Assembly (NCBI GenBank): GCA_947501605.1
Contig: CANMWZ010000021.1
Coordinates: forward strand, 1 to 64,000
DNA from: Planctomycetota bacterium
GTDB lineage: Bacteria; Planctomycetota; UBA1135; UBA2386
Direction: 5' to 3'
Length of the DNA stretch: 64,000 nucleotides
The notes under the pieces were generated by a model that worked only from the letters and a program-made list of their open reading frames with translations, was not told the origin of the DNA and did no database searches. This document shows, one piece after another, positions 58,744-64,000 of the stretch; position 1 is the stretch's first letter; each line of letters opens with the position of its first letter. The position numbers and the translations under genes are program-made.

Positions 58744-60036
58744 TCAGTCGCGCGCGAGTACCACGACTCGGTTCGTGTTGGTGCCCTTGTCGTTGTTGGC
58801 GATGCCCCAACAGTTCGCGGTCTTGGTGAACTTCTGCGCGTTGATCAGCACCAGGTCCGGCCGGAAACCCGCCGCGATCGCGACCGGGATCACGACTTCT
58901 TCGAGGCGCACCGTCCCGCGCCGAACCTCGCCAACTTCGAACGCGACATAGCCACCTTGGCGCACCACGCGGTGCAACTCCGTGAAGACCTCGCCCATGG
59001 CTGCAGCCCACACCTCGACCGTGCGCGCCATCGTCATCGCCACCGCGGCGGGGTCGATGCCACAGAACCAGCAGCGCAGCCAGTTGTCGTCTTTGTACTG
59101 AACGACGTCGAGGAACGGCGGCGAGGTCACGACCAGTTGCACGCTCGCCGTCGCGATGGCAGACGTGGACGCGGCGCCAGCCGTCAGCAACGTCGCGCGA
59201 GCCACCGTTGCAGCGAGCACTTGCCGATCGACTTCGCGCACCGCATCGAGCAGCGCCTTCGACTTGCGCAGCACGACGCTGCGGAGGTCGCGGCGCGGCG
59301 GGATCTGGTTCCGCCGCTCGTTGATCCGACGTTGCGCCACCAGTGAAGCCGCCTGGTTCGGCGGCAAGGTGTAGACCGAGAGGAAGCCCGGCGAGTGCCC
59401 GGTCAGCCGGTTGACCGTGATCATGCGGATCCAGTCGTCGGTCGCGTCGAGCGCACGGCTCGCTTGCCGTGCGAGCAGCCACTCGCGCAGCGAGCACAGC
59501 TCACGCAGCGTCTCCGGGTGGTAGAACGTCAGCAACTCGTCGGGAACATCGCGCGCCGTCGAGAGGTCGAGTTCCTGCAGCCGCGCGGCGACTTCGGCTT
59601 GCGACGGCGGCGACAGGCGCGGCCGCAGCAGCATCGCCGACAGCGGGTTGACGTCGTTGCCCGCCGGAACGCGCCCGAGCAAGGCAGCTTCGAGCGGCGT
59701 CGTACCGCGCCCCATGAACGGGTCGTAGACCACATCGCCGGCAGCACTGAGCCGCTCGACGAAGAAGGCCGGGAGCTGCGGCTTGAAGCAGGCGCGGTAG
59801 CTGACTTCGTGCAGCGGATGGCCCTGTCGCTGCGCGCTGGTCCAGAACTCGTTCTGGAAGGTATCGACCACCACACGCCCTGCGGGCAGCTCGGCGACCG
59901 TCGTCGCGTAGCGCGTCTTGTGGCCGAATTGGCGGAACTCCGCGAGCTCACGCGCCAACGGCGACCGCCCCTCGGGCTCGCGACGGAGCTCCGCGAACAG
60001 CAGCGGTTGACGATTTTTCTCAGAGGTCCGGCGCAC
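58744..60036 (-). CDS. Site-specific amino (N4-C/N6-A) DNA methyltransferase, orphan
   Basis: Motif I VYDPFMGRGTT precedes motif IV VTSPPF; SYRACFKPQLP. Confidence 0.85.
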   Translation of the reverse strand: MRRTSEKNRQPLLFAELRREPEGRSPLARELAEFRQFGHKTRYATTVAELPAGRVVVDTFQNEFWTSAQRQGHPLHEVSYRACFKPQLPAFFVERLSAAGDVVYDPFMGRGTTPLEAALLGRVPAGNDVNPLSAMLLRPRLSPPSQAEVAARLQELDLSTARDVPDELLTFYHPETLRELCSLREWLLARQASRALDATDDWIRMITVNRLTGHSPGFLSVYTLPPNQAASLVAQRRINERRNQIPPRRDLRSVVLRKSKALLDAVREVDRQVLAATVARATLLTAGAASTSAIATASVQLVVTSPPFLDVVQYKDDNWLRCWFCGIDPAAVAMTMARTVEVWAAAMGEVFTELHRVVRQGGYVAFEVGEVRRGTVRLEEVVIPVAIAAGFRPDLVLINAQKFTKTANCWGIANNDKGTNTNRVVVLARD

Positions 60037-60177
60037 GGCGCGAGCAGCCTACGGCGGGCCGCTGCGCTGCGCACGGCGCAGTTGCGGGGGTCCCGAACTT
60101 GGCTCAAGCCGCCATGCCATGGGCGTCGAAGCCTTGACAGTCTGTTCCCGTCCGCCCTAACAAGTCCCCCTCCGCAC

Positions 60178-62844
60178 ATGGCTAAGAGCAAGAAGCAGGG
60201 CAAGTCGCTCGTGATCGTCGAATCTCCGGCCAAGGCCCGGACGATCGGCAAGTTCCTCGGCGACGAGTACCAGATCGAGGCCAGCATCGGCCACGTCCGG
60301 GACCTACCGTCGAGTGCCGCCGAGATCCCGGCGAGCTTGAAGAAGGAGAAGTGGGCCCGTCTTGGCATCGACGTCGAGAGCGACTTCAAGCCGCTCTACG
60401 TCGTCCCGCGCGACAAGAAGGACCACCTCAAGAAGCTGAAGGCCGCGGTCGCCGACGCCAGCATTCTGTACCTCGCGACCGACGAAGACCGCGAAGGCGA
60501 GTCCATCTCATGGCACCTGCTCGAAGAACTCGAGCCCAAGTGCGAGATCAAGCGGTTGGTGTTCCACGAGATCACCAAGTCCGCGATCCTCGAAGCACTC
60601 GAACACCCGCGCGACATCGACATGGCGCTGGTCGAAGCGCAGGAGACCCGCCGTCTGGTCGATCGCCTCTACGGCTACACGGTGTCACCACTGCTGTGGA
60701 AGAAGGTGAAGCCGCAGCTCTCCGCCGGCCGCGTGCAGAGTGTCGCCATCCGCCTGATCGTCGAACGCGAGCGCGAGCGCATCCGTTTCCACGCCGCCGA
60801 CTACTGGAGCCTGTCGGCGACGTTCGCAGCCGCCGCTGGCGACCGCACCGCGTTTGTCGCCAACCTCGTCGGCCTCGACGATGCGCGCGTCGCCACCGGC
60901 CGCGACTTTGATCCGGACACGGGCACGCTCAACACTAAGGGCAGTACCGCAAAGAGCCTCGTGCTCGTCGACGAGAAGAAGGCGCTGGCACTCGCCAACG
61001 CACTGGCCGGCAAGACCGCAACGGTCAGTGACCGCGAGCAGAAGCCCTACACCGAGCGCCCGTACCCACCGTTCACGACCAGCACGCTGCAACAAGAGTC
61101 GGCGCGCAAGTTGAAGTTCTCGGCGCAGCGGACGATGCGCGCGGCGCAGCGCCTCTACGAGAACGGTTACATCACCTACATGCGTACCGACTCGACGACG
61201 CTCAGCGCCCAGGCCGTCGAAGCCGCCCGCACGCTGATCCGCCGCGAGTTCGGCGCCGAACACGTGCCCGACGCCGCCCGCACCTACCAGACCAAGGTCC
61301 GCAACGCACAGGAAGCGCACGAAGCGATTCGCCCCGCCGGCAGCGATTTCCGCATGCCCGACGCTCTTGGCCCCGACTGCGGCGAGGACGAGCGCAAGAT
61401 CTACGACTTGGTCTGGCGGCGCACCGTCGCCTGCCAGATGAAGGACGCCAAGGGCCAGCGCACCACGCTCGCGCTCGCCATGGACGCGGGCCCGCTCGGC
61501 AAGGCCCGCTTCACCGCGACCGGCAAGACCATCGACTTCCCGGGCTATCGCCTGGCGTACGTCGAAGACTTCGACGACGCCGACGCCGAACTCTCCGAGT
61601 CGGAACGCGTGCTGCCAAACATCGACAAGGGCCAGGCCGCGACGGCCAACGAGCTGAAGCCCGAAGGCCACACGACGCAGCCGCCCGGTCGCCTGACCGA
61701 AGCCGGCCTGATCAAGGAGCTCGAAGCCCGCGGCATCGGTCGCCCGAGCACCTATGCCTCGATCATCGAGACCATCGTTGCGCGTGACTACTGTTGGAAG
61801 CGGGCCACGTCGCTGATCCCTACCTTCACCGCGTTCGCCGTCGTCGACCTGTTGAGCAAGCACCTCGGCTGGCTCGTGGACTACCAGTTCACGGCCAAGA
61901 TGGAAGATGACCTCGACGAGATCAGCAACGGCCGGCAGCGTCGCAACGACTACCTGAAGCACTTCTTCCTCGGCAACGGCCAACCTGGCCTGCGCGAACG
62001 CGTCGCCGGCGTCGAGTCCGAGATCGACCCGCGCAAGATCTGCAGCCTGCCGCTCGGCAACGGCGACGACGGCGTGTTGGTCGAGATCCGCGTTGGCCGC
62101 TATGGCCCGTTCTTGTCGTGGGGCGAGAAGCGCGTCAGCGTGCCGGACGAGACCCCGCCGGACGAAGTGACGCTGCAGAAGGCGATCGAACTTTTGATCA
62201 AGGGCGGCGACGGCCCGAAGTCCCTCGGACTGGACCCCGTCGGCGGGCTCGAGGTCTTCGTCAAGGTCGGCCGCTTTGGTCCGTACTTTCAGCTCGGCGA
62301 CCCAGACAAGCTGGAGGACAAGCCAAAGATGGCCTCGCTGCTGAAGGGCATGGAGCCCGAGACGGTCACGCTGGCGGAAGCGCTGGCGGTGCTGTCCTTG
62401 CCGCGCGAAGTCGGCCGCCGCGTCAACACCGAGACCGGCGAGAACGAGCCGATCCTGGCGCAGAACGGTCGCTTTGGCCCCTATCTCAAATGCGGCAAGG
62501 ACACGCGTTCGATCCCAGCGGCATTCACGCCGCTGACGGTCGACCTCGAAACCGCGCTCAAACTCCTCGCCGAGCCCAAGGCCCGAGGTCGCCAGCAGGG
62601 CGCCAGCAAGGCGCCGCTCAAGGAACTCGGCGCGCACCCCAAGTCGGGCGCAACGATCAAACTGATGGAGGGCCGCTACGGCCCCTACGTCACCGACGGC
62701 ACGACCAACGCCTCGTTGACCAAGGACGAGAACGTGGCGGACCTGACGCTGGCGCGCGCCGTCGAACTGATCGCCTCGCGCGAGGGCGCACCCAAGAAGC
62801 CCAAGAAGGGCCGCAAGCGCGCCACTTCGAAGGCCGGCAAGTAG
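60178..62844 (+). CDS. topA: DNA topoisomerase I (type IA)
   Basis: LVIVESPAKA, LATDEDREGE, SAGRVQS, LYENGYITYMRTDS, AQEAHEAIRP, GIGRPSTYA; C-terminal GR(Y/F)GP repeats. Confidence 0.97.
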   Translation: MAKSKKQGKSLVIVESPAKARTIGKFLGDEYQIEASIGHVRDLPSSAAEIPASLKKEKWARLGIDVESDFKPLYVVPRDKKDHLKKLKAAVADASILYLATDEDREGESISWHLLEELEPKCEIKRLVFHEITKSAILEALEHPRDIDMALVEAQETRRLVDRLYGYTVSPLLWKKVKPQLSAGRVQSVAIRLIVERERERIRFHAADYWSLSATFAAAAGDRTAFVANLVGLDDARVATGRDFDPDTGTLNTKGSTAKSLVLVDEKKALALANALAGKTATVSDREQKPYTERPYPPFTTSTLQQESARKLKFSAQRTMRAAQRLYENGYITYMRTDSTTLSAQAVEAARTLIRREFGAEHVPDAARTYQTKVRNAQEAHEAIRPAGSDFRMPDALGPDCGEDERKIYDLVWRRTVACQMKDAKGQRTTLALAMDAGPLGKARFTATGKTIDFPGYRLAYVEDFDDADAELSESERVLPNIDKGQAATANELKPEGHTTQPPGRLTEAGLIKELEARGIGRPSTYASIIETIVARDYCWKRATSLIPTFTAFAVVDLLSKHLGWLVDYQFTAKMEDDLDEISNGRQRRNDYLKHFFLGNGQPGLRERVAGVESEIDPRKICSLPLGNGDDGVLVEIRVGRYGPFLSWGEKRVSVPDETPPDEVTLQKAIELLIKGGDGPKSLGLDPVGGLEVFVKVGRFGPYFQLGDPDKLEDKPKMASLLKGMEPETVTLAEALAVLSLPREVGRRVNTETGENEPILAQNGRFGPYLKCGKDTRSIPAAFTPLTVDLETALKLLAEPKARGRQQGASKAPLKELGAHPKSGATIKLMEGRYGPYVTDGTTNASLTKDENVADLTLARAVELIASREGAPKKPKKGRKRATSKAGK

Positions 62845-62866
62845 CGTTCGCCCGCAGGCGTCGCGC

Positions 62867-64000
62867 TCAGCGCACGCGCAGGTGCATCGCGAGATCCTCG
62901 GTCGCCTGCAATCGTTGCTCCGTCGCCAGCTGGTGATCGATGAGGATCGCCGCGACCGTCGCCGGCAAGCGCAGCGGCGGGCTGTTGCCGTCGCGGTCGA
63001 TCGCAACCGCGACGCCGCCGCGCAGCGCCTTCACGATCGAGCCGTCGGCCAGCTCGAAGGACACCGTTCGCGGCGTCGCTTGCGCGCCGGCCACCAGTTG
63101 CAGCCAGCGCGCCGAGTCGGCCTCGACACGAAGCTCGCCCGTGCTGTCGTCGACCGCAACCTCCTCCACCGGCACCATCGTGCGCAAGCCGCCACCGCGA
63201 ACCACGAGCCACGCTCGCGACCGCGGCAACGCCGGCAGCACGAAGGTCCCGTCGGCGCCCGAGGTCACCACCTTGGTGCCGTCGAACTGGTTGCCACCGC
63301 CCTTCGTCACGTGCGTGCAGTACTGCACTTCGACTTCGGCGCCTGCGAGTGGCTCGCCGTTGCCGAACACACGCCCGCGCACTGCCAACCGCACATCCGT
63401 CGGCAGCCGCAACACGACGCCCGTGCTGCCGGCGGCGACCGACGAGCCATGTACCACCGCGCCGGTGCTGGGATCGATCGCAGCGAGCCGGTAGCCGCGC
63501 GGCGACAGCCCGCCGATCTCGAAGGCACCATCGGCACCGCAGGCAACACCGCCGGAGAAGCCCCCAAGCCCGGCTTCGACACCTTGGAACGTGATGTCGA
63601 GCAACGTTGGATCGAGGAGCCCGACGCGAGCGCCCTCCAGAGGTCGGCCGTCGGGGCCAAGGACGAAGCCGCGGATCGTCTGCAGCTTGTCGCGCAGCAT
63701 CAGCACGAGATCGCGCCCCGCCGCCGCATCGCGCAACAACTCGCCGCCGAGCGCATCGATTTGGGCCAGCGCATAGCCCTTCGCCACCGCCGTCAACGCA
63801 TACTGAGCCTGCGGGTCGGTGACGGCGAACGAGAAGCGCCCACTGCCATCGCACTTCATCGACTCGCGCCCGAACCAGACGCGGGCACCGTCGATCGGTC
63901 GGCCGGCGCCGTCGCACACCACACCATCGACGGACAGGCGTTCGCTGGCGGGGCGAGGGCGCAGCGTGACTTCGATTGCCTGCGGCCCGGGCGCCGCGAT
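62867..64000 (-). CDS. Carboxypeptidase-regulatory-like repeat protein, 5'-truncated by the window edge
   Basis: G.V...G.P..GA.V and DG.F..GL repeats like those of 10279-13302. Confidence 0.7.
   Translation of the reverse strand: MAAPGPQAIEVTLRPRPASERLSVDGVVCDGAGRPIDGARVWFGRESMKCDGSGRFSFAVTDPQAQYALTAVAKGYALAQIDALGGELLRDAAAGRDLVLMLRDKLQTIRGFVLGPDGRPLEGARVGLLDPTLLDITFQGVEAGLGGFSGGVACGADGAFEIGGLSPRGYRLAAIDPSTGAVVHGSSVAAGSTGVVLRLPTDVRLAVRGRVFGNGEPLAGAEVEVQYCTHVTKGGGNQFDGTKVVTSGADGTFVLPALPRSRAWLVVRGGGLRTMVPVEEVAVDDSTGELRVEADSARWLQLVAGAQATPRTVSFELADGSIVKALRGGVAVAIDRDGNSPPLRLPATVAAILIDHQLATEQRLQATEDLAMHLRVR

Noticed and set aside
62080..62844. Repeated GR(Y/F)GP units and Lys-rich tail in topA
   Set aside because: Normal C-terminal repeats of zinc-ribbon-free TopA proteins

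Overview
High-GC bacterial window, probably from a Planctomycetota-like genome. That assignment is inferred from the VWA, DUF1570, prenyltransferase-repeat and carboxypeptidase-regulatory-repeat proteins, not from a marker gene. Bases 1-34.7 kb and 57.1-64 kb hold ordinary housekeeping and secreted-protein genes: a CCA-like nucleotidyltransferase, a DUF1611/epimerase/D-aminoacylase operon, pepP, tag, an AlkZ-like protein, an M1 peptidase, a GH63-like hydrolase, a truC-like gene, an acyl-CoA ligase, an orphan DNA methyltransferase and topA. The main feature is a ~22 kb block (about 34.77-56.95 kb) bracketed by an imperfect direct repeat of the truC 5' region and the acyl-CoA ligase start. It carries what looks like a self-contained extracellular electron transfer or cytochrome nanowire system: an OmcE-like tetraheme cytochrome, a 12-heme protein with an OmcE-like N-terminal domain, a beta-barrel porin with a pentaheme lipoprotein, two NHL beta-propeller lipoproteins, a PpiC/SurA chaperone, a ~15-heme periplasmic cytochrome, an unusual eight-domain class I (c4-type) cytochrome, a CcsBA-type heme-attachment fusion with a degenerate WWD motif, a redoxin-TPR protein and a di-heme peroxidase. 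I counted 43 CXXCH plus 3 non-canonical heme motifs by eye. Three single-base frameshifts cluster near the left edge of the block. No rRNA, tRNA, CRISPR array, integrase or transposase was recognised. All family assignments come from motif recognition without database searches.
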